Of a stretch of DNA of 64,000 nucleotides, positions 1 through 13,900 are shown in pieces. The notes beneath the pieces were generated by a model. It was given only the letters and a program-made list of their open reading frames with translations, made no database searches and was not told the DNA's origin. The stretch is from Bugula neritina. Taxonomy: Eukaryota > Animalia > Bryozoa. The stretch's first letter is position 1, and every line of letters begins with the position of its first letter. The stretch spans positions 1,488,001 to 1,552,000 of the forward strand of contig OZ037769.1 in assembly GCA_964035545.1 (NCBI GenBank), in the 5' to 3' direction. Position numbers and translations under genes: made by a program.

Positions 1-382
1 ATGCAGCAGGTAGTATATTGACATAAGCCTGTTTAGTTCCTTATACTTTACCCTGTGTCGCAGCATGATGCAACTTCCCTAAAAATGCATTTAGACTCTA
101 ATACAATTACTATTGGACATTGAACACTCCCTTAGTAATAGTAATGATTAAATTATTCTTCTATTGAAAGTTCATGACCTCTAATCTAAAGCAGATGAAC
201 TCCTTATAGCTGTGACTACTTTTCTCAACATGAACAATAGTCACGAAATTAATCTTATAACTATTACTATGCATAGCACTTTCCAACTTCCGTGTAGATA
301 AGGAAAACACTAGCTTTAACCTGCCTTACATGTCAGATTTATGGCAGTTAGAGAAGAGTGTCACAGGCCTATTCAGTTATAT

Positions 383-614
383 GGTGCCCAGAAACATTGG
401 CACAGGTAAAAGTGGTAGAGGTAATAATAACAGAAATGGAAAAGTTGGTAAAAATAGCACATTTTCATTATTGGGGTTTGGGGTTAGGGGGTGCTTGGTA
501 TTTGAGGTTGGGGTTTGGGTAAATTGAACATCAGTGTGCCATTTAACTTACTTTTCTACCTGCGCTATTTTTACACATGCCATATTTACCTGTGCGATTT
601 TTACCTAAAATACC
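383..614. mobile_element. Small MITE-like element with degenerate TIRs
   Basis: ggcacaggtaaaagtgg near the left end versus ccatatttacctgtgc near the right end; central ggggtttggggttagg tract; imperfect flanking repeat agttatat/agctataa. Confidence 0.5.
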
Positions 615-1951
615 AGCTATAAACTCTTAACTCCATCATGTTAGCCATGCTACAACACAGAGCTGTGTATGTTTACACATCCATTACTACATGATAGCTT
701 ATCTTTTATATACTGAGCATCAATATAAGACTTTATTATCAGAGATAAACATTGACAGTCTGATGAGTTTACTAAATTTTCCTCATACCCTGAGCATAGA
801 GTGCACAGGGCTTACAGAAAGCTTATAGTTTATTGCTAAAGGACCTTCCTTTATACAATGTACTTTATACTACATTGTTACAAGCAACATCAGTATTATA
901 GTAGTTTTCTTAAGTATGTATTTGCCTAGCTTGTGAGTATAGTTTTTGGTTTGACAATCATGATTCGAGCTTGAGGGCTTTATTTCGTAGTCAGACAATA
1001 TCTGTTTTACACAACTCTGTTAGCAAGCTAACACTCTTTGAATAGTGCACTTTTGCTTTCACTTCTCTAAACATGATTTCTGTTGTACTGCTCAAGAGCT
1101 TTAATGGTGTTGTCAAAATTATCTGAGGTAAAGTTCAAAGTTCACATGAATATCCCTCTATAAAAGTTTCTTATCTGGAGTGTAACTGTAGATAGTCATG
1201 ATTAATGTTAGTGAATAGTCATATTGAGTACGTAATAATGAGTAAAGATTATGAGTAATTACTATGAGGAATGACAATGAATAGTGATTGCAAGTAATGA
1301 GTAATGCATAATATTATGTGTAATGATGAATAGTTTGTGTGGATAATGAATACTGAGTAAGTAATGTATAGAAGTTTGTTTATTTTAAATAATGCTACGA
1401 AACTGATAGTTGAAACAGTAACTAGATTATCTTAAATATGGTCAATAACTCAATTTCATATTCACAGAGATGTTTTGTCTATTTAAATTTCCAGATAGCA
1501 TTTAATAGCATTGTATAACCAGGTTACTCTGCAAGAAATGTACTGCACAGAGCGTTACTAATTTTCATTTGCTAGTAAAACTAAAAGCTCAGCTGCAATA
1601 CGCTTAATCAGTCGCACTGTTTGTTTAAGTATCAGGCTTTATATTTACACATTCTTAGTATGATTTTATAGCATGACTAACTCAGTCAGGTAGAAAAAAA
1701 GCCTTTTGTTACCGCATCACCTCTATTACACACTGGAATCCTATTAACAAGGAAGTTACTTGAAACAGTATGCCCTGACCCTTTCATATCGAAACTATTG
1801 AATGAAACTGCCATTCAGTTCCCAGACTAAGGATAACACATGAATACAAAAGGTGTTTTGTAAGCTGCAAGTAAAAAGTAAAGCTAGTCATAAGGCTGTT
1901 AGCCTTTCTCAATGTAGGTCAGGCTTACAACTAACGTGTCTCAACATAAAT

Positions 1952-4900
1952 ATGGATGGACAGAGAGCTGTGTTACTGCTGATGCTGCTGTCTTTGTCTG
2001 CAGGTAAAATATTACTTATAATAGAATATAATCTTGCTCTTGCAGGTAAAATGTTATTTATTATAAAATATAATCTGCTCTTGCTTCTCTGCCACCCGTG
2101 CAGGACCAGAGCAGTAAAAGGCAACCGATCTGCTCTTGCTCAAATACAACATAATGCTTGGCCTATAAACCACATGTAGACCAATTCACCACAACTGATG
2201 GGCATCTAGGTCTAACATAAAAGAAATTAGCCAGTGGTCTAGTTGAAATATATTGCTAAAACGACTTTGTACTTCAGGGGTTTTAACTCATGTTTTAAAG
2301 CTAAACTTAGGTGATGATGAAAGTTGCTGAACTATTAAAGTTTTCTGATTCTCTTATGTATAAGTACTATATTAGGATGAACACTCATATTTAAAACAGT
2401 CTATCATTTAAAAGCACAAGCATATTATTAAGCCCATCATTATTTCTATTTTGGTTTGACATCCTATAATATTATCTCATTTATATATTACACTTTTTGA
2501 TGAAACTAAGCGGATAAGACTTGAACATAGGGGCTATGCAATAAACCTTTAGATGTAGGTTTGTTGCTTTTCATATGCATGAATTGTGCAAGCTATTTTG
2601 CTGCCAGAATAAAAAACAAAGCATGTGTTTAATGAAGTTTAAACAGTGAAGGAGATGTTAGGTCAGGCATCAAATGTTCATAGCACAGTTGCTATAGTAA
2701 CTAGTTGGAAGGAATTTTAGTTTATTAGCAGAAGGTATTTAAATGACAGCAAAAATACAGCTACTAGCACTCTGTATTCATTCAGTCAGATAACAATATT
2801 TACTTACAATAAAATATGTGTGTTATAACAACAGTTTCTAAAAGCTTTGTTTGGCAACTAAACATTAAGCTTACAAATAAAATTGATTAATAATCTAGTT
2901 TCTTTGAATTCACCTCAACAATAAAAAAATTTTTTAAATTAGCAGTGTAATTTTGCTATTTTAGATTTCAACGGTTTTTTACAACTAAACTGTTTTCTAA
3001 CTGGGTGTTTTGGCTCCTGCCAGCACACACACTAGAGTGTTATAAATGCTGAAGCAGTTTTACATTAGCTATCAAATATTTTTAATATATACAAGAAATA
3101 TTAAAAGCTATAAAAATGTAAATAACAGCCAATTTAGATGCAGTAGTAAAACAGTTTTAATAGTCTATGCTCTTTAATTGTTATTATTAAATTTGGTTTT
3201 GGGCACAGGTTGAAATTCTCATGAAAACATAACTCCTTTGCTACATTTATAATCTAGAACACAGACCTTTCTCACTTTCTCAGTTACTGCCTAATACTTC
3301 CCACTTTTAACACTGATAGATTATCATTATGTTTGTACTTTACTGTCTGCAGACAGTAAAGTTTAGCAAGCAACTGCTGCATGGCTGTGTAATCTTCTGA
3401 TCTAAAAACATGTAACTTTATTACATAAGATGTAGTTTTAAGATTCACTCTGTCTAAGCATTAATTTTCATTTCACAAAAACCTGTAACTTTGATGACAA
3501 AAGTGAACTTCAAATTTAAATTTCCTATAATTATGATCAGACAACTCCATGAGTCATAGTATTATTCTGCACAGAGCTTTAACTTTACCAGCTTAGTCTC
3601 AATATATATAAATAATATCTTGTTTTGAAAATATGTACAAAAGTTGTTCAAACATGCAAATATAGACGGATGTAACTACTTAACATATTTCATATTTCGT
3701 TGCATGAAAATATAAAAATTTGAAAAAATAGTTTGAATGAAACTTTACAGAAAATAGTCCAAGTTTGTGGATTTTTTTAACTTGTTACTGTTTGCATTAC
3801 TCATTTGATATTATGTTTTGTTATATAATTCATTTGTGTATTATGTATGTTTCCAGCTTCTCCCTCACCATCAAATGTAGCTCTAAACAAAGCTACCTCC
3901 TCCTCAGGAAAACAATCCGTGGGTAGTTCACCAAGTGTAGTGGTGGATGGGGACCAATCAGATTCATTCACTAGTTTGAATACTGGAAAGTTCTGCACTC
4001 AGTGCTTCCTGTCCACTCAAAGTAATAATCCTTGGTGGAGAGTAGATTTGGGGGGACAATTCTTCATTACTAATATAAATATATATACTGGTGAGTTACA
4101 TAATATAGGTAAGTTAAATGTATCTTGTACAATTTATAGTTTTACCTATAAATGGATTGGTCCATGCCTAATTTTGTTGTAATGGCAGACTTCAAAGTAG
4201 TCATTGACACATGTGTACATATTGTACTACAATTTACATAACAAAATATAAGCTGTGTTGAGTTTATCTACCATATGATTGCTTTACAATGTAAATATTT
4301 TGTTATAGTGATTCCTGGTTACTTACAGAACACAGAGTATAACAAAGAAAATTGTTTGTTGATATATTGTAGGGTCTACTAAATTTTTAATTGGTCCATT
4401 TGAGATATTATCTAAAGAATCTTCTGGTAACTTGAACCCAGCAGATGACTATAGTCAGTGGAATATGATTCAGAGTGTACCTGACACAGTCTCAACATAT
4501 GAATATCCTCTACTAACTGCTGTCTATGCACAACATGTAGCTGTTATGGAGAAGAAAAAGTCTTCGTCTGCAGATCCACAGAGCTTAGTGCTTACAGAGG
4601 TTGAAATCTACGGATTTAGTGAGTAGAAACTGAATATTGTAATTTTAGTCAACATGTTGAAAAAAGAAAGAACTGAAGAGAAGTACACAATTTAAATATC
4701 ATTTTTTTAAAATGCTTTTGAATATATTGCAATTTAATATAATTTCCTCTTTTATGTGTAAGTATGTTCCTTATGCTTATAGAAATGCATTTTTGTATTC
4801 CAAACTGATACACATGTTGCTGCTATAGAGTTTCTCAGCTGTTAATTTCCTGCTACAAAGTATATATAAGATTGAACACACCAAAATTTATCTCTACTCT

Positions 4901-7900
4901 AAATATTCAACTCAAAAAAGATGAAAATGATAATTTTCAAATTAATTTTTAGCTTCTCATTTGTTCTAAATTTTTGAAAAATTTTGCTGGTATTTAGGCT
5001 ATTTTAATTTTTAATAAATTTGCTACAGTGCATTTAAACAGTTGGACTAAATTCGTGAACATTAGTTAAAATTCTCGAATGCACGACATTTCAAAAATGA
5101 CAATTGGAAAACACCTATTTGGAAAGTGGACAATTAGAAAATGAACAATTGGAAAATAGACATTTGGAAAATAAAAAATATTCAACATGGTCTAGTCCAG
5201 AGGAGGCGTTTCGTATCTGACCGGGTTCAGAAGCTTTTTGTAAATGTGACCAATTTTAAATTAGAACTACTCGGTAACTAATTTTACTTTCATGATAGCC
5301 TAACTGCTTTGGCCATTATATTTATTTTTGAAAGTTTTTTTAGAATTGACTAGATAGCGAACAACCCCTCAGGGCTAGACCGTGTTGAATATTTTTCATT
5401 TTCTAAATGACATTTTCCAAATGTCTATTTTGTAATTGTCCATTTTCCAAATACTTGTTTTGCAATTGTCCTTTTTGAAATGTCGTGTCACCAAAATTCT
5501 CAGCTATATTATAATTTCATAAATACAAAAATATGTCAAATTTTTAGACTTTTCAATGTTTTATGTACTTATTAAGATTTAAATCTATTAAACTATTGGA
5601 CTAAGTCTTTTGAAATTTTGATCACAGTGAATTATTTTTGTATATTGCTTTTAATCATTTATTATAAAATATTTTTCAGCTCCAGCAGAATTTAAACCAA
5701 CCAACTTACAAATAACCAGTGTAACCACAGACTGTGTATCATTCAGTTGGGACTCTCCCTACAGAAGTATTGGGACCTCCTACCAAGTAGGTGTCTGGTA
5801 ATTTGTGTATGTACAGCTTGATAAAAGAGCATGCGTAAGAATCATTGCCTATAGTTCACTGTATTAACAGAAAATTGTACCACATGGTTTTATTATATCA
5901 TTGAATAAATATCTATAGTAGTATTCCAAATAGGTCAATTGAGTATTTTCAGAAAATAATACCTATATTTATACACTTGACTGCTTGTTTTATGTCATAT
6001 ATTATAGATATAAGAAGACAAATGTTTTTTTTAAATGCAGACGCAATGTTTTGCTACTAATTTGACAAGCTGTGATTTGGCATTATAAAAAGTAAACCAC
6101 AGTCATTACTGCTAAAACAAAATGCATAAAAAATAACATTTTGGACAAACTATAACCCTAATTTTAGTTGAAAAAGAAGTGATATAAAGTTAGTTTCCAA
6201 GCTTACATTCAATTTAAAACCTTGTTTATTTCATACACAAGAAAAGTGACCTTTGACCTGTTTACAGTATAGATGTAACAGCACAACCTGGTCTACACCA
6301 ACTACCAACACTGTTGCTGAAGTCTGTGATTTATCTCCCACTGTATCAACAGCATGCAGTGTAAGAGTAGAGAACATGACAGTCACTACAGTATCAGCAC
6401 AGTTACAGTGTTCTGGTTAGTTTTAGTCTCCATCTTCATTAAATTTCAATTCGGTGTCAATATAGTTTAATAATAAAATAGTTGCATTATAAGCATTTTT
6501 TCTTTTGCTTTTATAGAATATCACACATTAGCATAATGTATACACTTTTATATAATAGGACATGACGTAGGAGGTTTGGAAAAACTTGCATTGGAAATTT
6601 TCCTAAAATTGTCTTTTTATTACTTAATGTCTTCTGTTACATATCCAATCTGAATTGAAATATTTATTGTCTGCTGCTTTACAACATCTATTATTTGAAT
6701 TTCATAAATTAAATTTTTCTTTTATAGATTTTGCCAAAACACCTCAAATAAATTTTGCAACTAGTGCACGGACAAAAGTTCGAGAATCCTCAAGATGGCG
6801 CTTTCTGTACACCGTGACTTGGAGTGTAAGTTTTTAGTTAATTTTGAGCAATTATTTTTAAAGATTCCAGATACTTTTATTTTATTAATGCAATTGAAAA
6901 TAACTACATTTTCAATTCTTTGTCACAGCCAAAATATTTATGGTTCATCTATTCCATGGTGCATTAGCTGTATTATATAGAAAAGAAAACCTCCATTTTG
7001 TATTTGAATGTACAATTTGCCTATATGGGTATAATTCATTTGTATTGGCAATTGAAACATAGTTTTGATTTTCACAATTTTGAAGAAGTCATTTTGAGAT
7101 TTTAGTTCTAATGAAAATAGATTAATGTAATAGTAACTAAATGCGCAATGAATAAGTTACATACTATATAAGCTACATTAGTAAATGTTATTTTAACCAA
7201 TAGCATGAAGCTCGGCAATAAATCTATGATAAAAACAACCAATTAGGGCTATTTGATCATTCCTAACCAATCAAAACGAGTAGATCAAGGCTAACTAATC
7301 AGATCTAACCAATCCATAATAATATTTTAATTAGAATTAATTAATTTGCATCAATTAATTAGTATTAATCAATTAGTACTAGTGGTAAAAATTTAACTTG
7401 GTTGTTTGTGGCAAAACTGATTTACAGCAAGAAATTGTGAGCTGAGTAATTGCTAGTTTGAAGTTGGGCAGTCTAATTCTTTGGTTAAAGTTTCTAATCA
7501 GGCTGCCATTGTTTATATAGTAAGGTATTGGTTTCACACATTTTGTAAGTTGCTTTTCCTGGTTGCAAGGCTACTTTGATGCATAAAATGCTATATGCTA
7601 GCTAATTATTACTTTTTGATAGAAAAACAGTGCATGCAGGGATATAAAGTTTAGTAATAATATACTTTATTATTTGGTATCTGATGCTTTAGTGAAAAGG
7701 TATAAAGCAGGTTAACGTTATTTTTACAAAGCTTCTTCAAACATGGTTTTAAAACTCATGAGAAGAAAATTACTAATTTAGAAATAATCAAAGTTTAAAC
7801 AATCTCTACTATGCCTTTTTATAATTTAGGCAAAAAAATTAGGTAAATGAAAAAATTAGCAAAAAGCGTGTGCTCTAAATAAAACATACAGCAAAAAATT

Positions 7901-10900
7901 ATGCTCTTGAAAGAAATGCAACCCAAGCCTACAACCAAACCTTGAAGAGCTTGAGCTATCAATACTTTTTGTTTTAAATGTTTAAACAACAGCATGAGCT
8001 GCAGTATGGGTTCACTTTAATTTAATTGCTTTCAGGTTTAAATAACTATGAAACTAGAACAGCATAAATGGCTCTAAATGCACATTATAGGTAGATATGC
8101 TCAAATACCACAGCATGTTCTGTTACTCATTTTCACATGTTTGAAATGTGTAAATCATACGCATTATATAATTGCATTCTATGGGCTTCAGTGGTGCATA
8201 CTGCAGGTCTAAGATTCATAAGCTAAAAATTACATTTTAGAGTAACTTAATATTAATTTAAATTGCAAACATATTATTTGGTATTATTTATAAGCCTGCA
8301 GTGCATCTTTAAATAATTTAAAGTTTCAATTGCAGGTTGTCTTACCTCCAGTATCATGTCTGCATTCTTCATACCCGTACGGAGTAGAAGTCAGCTCAAC
8401 TTCTGACTCACCTGCTGACTCTAAAGATTTTTTTTGGTACAATAAAGCCAGCTACTCTGTCTACGGAGATGTAGGGGACACAATTACCGTCACAGTACAA
8501 ATCAGCGACACAAAAAACAGTTTATCTGAACCAATCAGTACAGAAATAGAAGTTAATGGAGAATTACGTAAGTTCTGGTATTTTTTTAACTGGCTTAGCA
8601 AAATTAGCAAATTTTTAGTGCCAACTCTACTTTTACATAATGCACGTAACGCACGTAAACATATTTTCACAATCAAAACACTTATCTTTATTTTGTTATT
8701 TTTGCTATCTACTGCATTTTTATGTGGTTACTAACATGGGATGTATCAGGCTTGCTAGTTTGTTAGAAGTCATAAAATAAATAATTAATAAATAAACTAT
8801 GTTTATTAAATTACCTGAGATACAAAGATGCATGACAGCAATAAGATTAAAAAATAAAGTTATTTAGTTTGAAAATAGCTAAAAAACAAACATATAAATT
8901 ACATAACAATAAATTTATCACCTGAAATAAATGCAAATGCAGCTATGGTTTCACATTTTTATTATACGTAAACATTTCACTTGACATGAAATTATATGAA
9001 TTTAGATATTCTAAAATTATTTTTAGTAAAATCTTAGGCCCAGGCATAAATTAATTTGCTAGTTTGTTTCTTGTCTCTCACAGGTGTGGGGTTTGATAAT
9101 GTGTACTATATAATTTTTTTTTTGTACCTACAGCTCCCCAAACAGCACCAGAAAACTTTCAGTTAACAGCTGCATCTTCTGAGTGTGTCAAGCTGACCTA
9201 TGATAATGTGTCCTATCCTAACGGACCACTAGATGGACTCATATATCAGGTAACACTCAGGAGGTAGTTGGTTGTGTAAATTGTGCACTTTGAACTCCAG
9301 TCCTATTTTACCTGCAACTTGATTAATTAATTATGATATTGTAAATTACTTTTCTCTAAAACAAAAAATTGAAAACTTGCATTTTTTCTCTTAGTCAAGC
9401 TTATAATGATTCAAAGCTAAAGTCATATAAAGCTTTGCCTCTAATAAAGTCTTTTTTAATTAATTCTTTTCATAATAAAAAATCTAAAAAACAATCGGAA
9501 GCCTCTAATTTTTGCTCACAATTCTCAATAGTTTGTTAAATGGTAGTTTTTTAGTTCTCAGAAAACCATAGATAGATATTATTATTCTAAAATTTATTTT
9601 AACCACAAAAATTGATCTTGGTCTTATTTTACTCAACTTTGAATATACTAAATCATTGCTATGAATGTGATGATTATGATTATCACCTATAACTGTAGTA
9701 TATTATAAAATAACTGCCCCCCCCCCCCCCAGGAGAATCGAACCTCAGACTTCCAAGCTAGTGTAGTACACTATATAGGGAGGGTGCTGAAGATTACAAC
9801 CCCATAATATCTTAGATCAAATCATTTATACAGCTAAAACTAAAACAGGTTAAATTCTCTTATCAAAACAGTATACTTGTAAAACGCTTCTGGGAAAATA
9901 TATAAAAAGCAATATATATATATAAATATAATAGCATTAAATATTTAAGTAATTGCTAAAGTGTGCAAGTTTTGTAGTATATTTATATAATTATTACATT
10001 TCATAAGTCATAAACAGTTAAATTATATTCTCATTAGTTTCTTATTTGTTAATGGTTGTTTAACAAATCAACCACATAAAAACTACATAAACGTAATTGT
10101 ACACTATTTTCAAGTATTTCACTAACAATGATGATAATTATTAATGATAATTACTGCATTATCAGCTACCCCCAATATTTATTTCATTTGGAAAAAAATG
10201 TAATATATCTTGAGGTATAAATAAACAGATATAGTTTGTGTTTAGTACAACTGCAATTCTGGTGGTTGGGAGAACATAACAGTTACTAAAGAGGTCTGTG
10301 GGTTTAAACCAAACACTCCGGTAAACTGTGAGATTAGAGCAAGAAGAGAAGATAACTCCGCAGGGAACCAAAACAGTGATACAGCTACAGGCAGCACTAC
10401 CACTTGTGTTGGTAAGTTAGATTGTTGTTTAAAATAATAATCTGATATTTTATATTTCAGTTTGCAACAATACATTATATACAAAGAAAAATAATGTTAA
10501 ATTTAAGTTTTTATAACATTGCAGCACCATTAGACAGCTCAAGTCTTCTGATTGGTTCACCAAGATCCACAACCAACTCGGGTAGAACCAGATGGGAGTA
10601 CACAGTCTCATGGCAGGTAAATTTACTGGATACTTCTCCAACTATGATGCATCTTCATTATTATAATTGCCTTATACAACTTTTTGCCTGCATTTGATGA
10701 GAAAGCTGTTACTTAGAAAATTAAAAAGTATAATTTCTTATACCAACATTTATAACCTACGGAATGTATTTGAAGTTTACACATAACACTTATCAATGTC
10801 AATTGTATACTAATTAAATTATATATTCTTGTATGTTTTATATTAAGATAAATATAGTTAAACCTATATGCTTGTATTTATACTTTAGATTTTACCAACA

Positions 10901-13900
10901 TATCATTGTGATAGAACCAACATAAGATATACTCTCTCAGTTAATGGAGAATCCAAGCTAACAGGTTCACAAGACACAAGCTACAAGCTTTATGCTGATG
11001 GAGATGTCCAAATACAAATAACTCTCTATTTAAGAAGATATAATAATTACTTTGCATATGCATATGCATCTAATACTACCCAAACACCTATTGGCTTAGG
11101 TATGTCCTGAAACTTATTCACTGTGAATTTAAAAAAATGTATCACTCATTTTTATTAAGTAAACTAAATACCAAGTTTAGCAAAATGACAATCAGGTTAA
11201 ATCTTGCAATATACACATGTCTTGAAAAAAAACAGCTATAATTGGCGGCGAAATATATAAAAATATGCATTTTGCAATAACACACTGTTTATATCAGCAC
11301 AATGAAAATGATTCTTTTTTCACATTATATTGCATTCATACGTAGCTGCATCTGATATTCTTAATCAAAAATTCATAAAAGTCCCATAGCTTCTAAGTTT
11401 CATTATTGACCTACTGCAAAGTTTAAGCAAAGAATTTAGATTATGTTGAGCCACTCAATAGATTTCAGTTCTTTATTCTGCTGGTTAAAGATATTCTATG
11501 CCATTCTTCAACTGTTCATAAGACATAAGGCTAGCTACAAAGTATATTCAAATTATTTTGATGGAGAAATATTTTTTTTCTATTTTCAGCTCCTCAAGTA
11601 GCACCAGAAAACTTTAAACTAACAGCTGTATCTCCATACTGTGTTAGTCTGAGTTATGATCCTGTACTCTATCCTAATGGACCAGTAAATGAGACTGTTT
11701 ATCAGGTAATTCACGCTTCAGAAGATAGAACACATTCTATTAAATTAAGTCAAATAGTAGTTTAATATGTCAAACTGTTGATTGATGAATTAGAGGCATT
11801 TCTTATTTCTTTTTATAATATTTGAAGCGAAATAACATTTAAAGTTGCTATATTATAGATGAGTTGTGAGAACAGAGATTGGGTTGACATACCTTCTAAT
11901 AACAAATCATGTGGATACAGTCCGGACCAACAAGTGTCGTGTGACATCAGAGCTACACGAGTGTCTAATACTCCAGGAGCACAGCATAGTCAAACAGCTA
12001 GGGCAGTCAGTATTAGGACACAGTGTGCAGGTGAGTAACATAGCTTCTCATTATCTTGTTGAACCAGCATGTGAAACAAAACTGTAATGATGGTTTATAA
12101 GATAATTTCTTGAATTAACTTTTTTTGCAATTCTTGAATAATATGCATTTAATCTATATCAACATATAAAATAACCTTACAAAAGACATAAGAGGGAGTC
12201 CAAAGTTCATCGTAGATTTCTTTTAGAATATAATATTACAACACTCTTCAATTTTTAACTGATGCTTTTAAAAAACGATGTAACATAATGTAAATGCAGC
12301 AGCTTTGATTTAAAATAAATATAAGTATGTTTGGGAACTGTCAATCAATTTTATATGCAATTAAATTCAAATTATAAATTTGTGTTTTTTTAAAGTATCT
12401 AATAAAAGGTTTTTTAATTCTAAAATAATACAATTGTTTGTTTGATAGCAAAAAAAAATTATATTTAATAAAAATGTCTACCCATCATGTCCAAAATGTG
12501 AACCAATAAAAACTAACTCTCTTGCTAAAATAAAAAACTTTGATCAAGACAGCGTGAAGTTCAACGATCTCTACACTTTAATGATATCTTTACATGCAGT
12601 CCACCCTTTTAATAAACCCTTATTTCTAAATTGTGTTTCTATTTATATTCTTACAGCACCAGCTCTTCCATCTGACCTCTCACATTATATAAGTCAATAT
12701 AAGTACACTCCTGTTGGTGAAAGCAAAGCAAAAGTTCGAGTAATTCTAAATCTTCTTATCAATGTAAGTGAAATTTTACAAATTATCTAAGATACATATT
12801 TTACATTATACCTTTATTCACAACGTTGCTATAATTTTTATTAGAACTGTTGAAGTGACAAGTTTATGTTTTATTGAAAATCTGTAAGCAGTTTAGTAGC
12901 TTTTGCTTAATGTTTTTTTTTAAAGCCAAATATTAGATATATCATATCTTGTATAGACCAACCGCAGGTAAGCATGTATTCATATTACTTTGCAAGCATT
13001 TTATCAAATTCTCTTATAAAAACAAGTAGAAACTTTTGAACCTGATAGTTTTAAACTTTTTAAACATATGCATATATATGTGAGAAAATAATATTCCTAA
13101 TTTCGTGGGTTATAATATATTTCAATAAACATAAAACCATCAAACAATTTATTCCATACATTTTTAGGACATAGTTGCAAACTGCCAAACTATATCAAGT
13201 ATAAAGTACAAGCTGAAAGAGGATAGAGAATATATACCAAATACACAATACATACTAAATCTACTCCCTTTTACTGATTACACTATTGAGGTTAAAGTCA
13301 CAAACAATGCAGACAACCAGACTACAGCTTCCATAACTTTCAGAACCATGACTTTAGGTGAGTTTATGTTCTTATTAAACTATTCTATAATCTGTTGGCG
13401 TAGACCTATGCTTAGAAATTTTTTGTAATAGCTGTTAAGATTGAAGCAGTTTTAATGTTAAAGATTTATCATGAAAGCACATTCTAGCCTAAAGCTGCCA
13501 TTATCTAATGCTTAAAGCACTCGATGAACAACAAAAAACTTACACGCCGATCAACCCATATGTTACGATAATATATAGTTCTTTATTACATATATACTTG
13601 TAATTTTTGAATTGTTTTTTTATCTGCTCTATGTTAGAATTTTAAATGAATCTTGAAACCGAAAGCTATAAATTAAATAGTTTTAAAAATATATAAATTA
13701 GACATACTTTAAGTAAAATTATTATAGATGAAAAATCTTTTTACCAATATTTCATTGTAGAACCCTATGATGCTCCTGTAATAGTGAAAAGTACTGCTCA
13801 TAATACTTCATGTGTATATCTGGAGTGGAAAAAGCCAAACCAACCAAATGGAGTCATTGTTAAGTACAGGGTAAGCTGATTCTTGCATCAGATATTGTAA

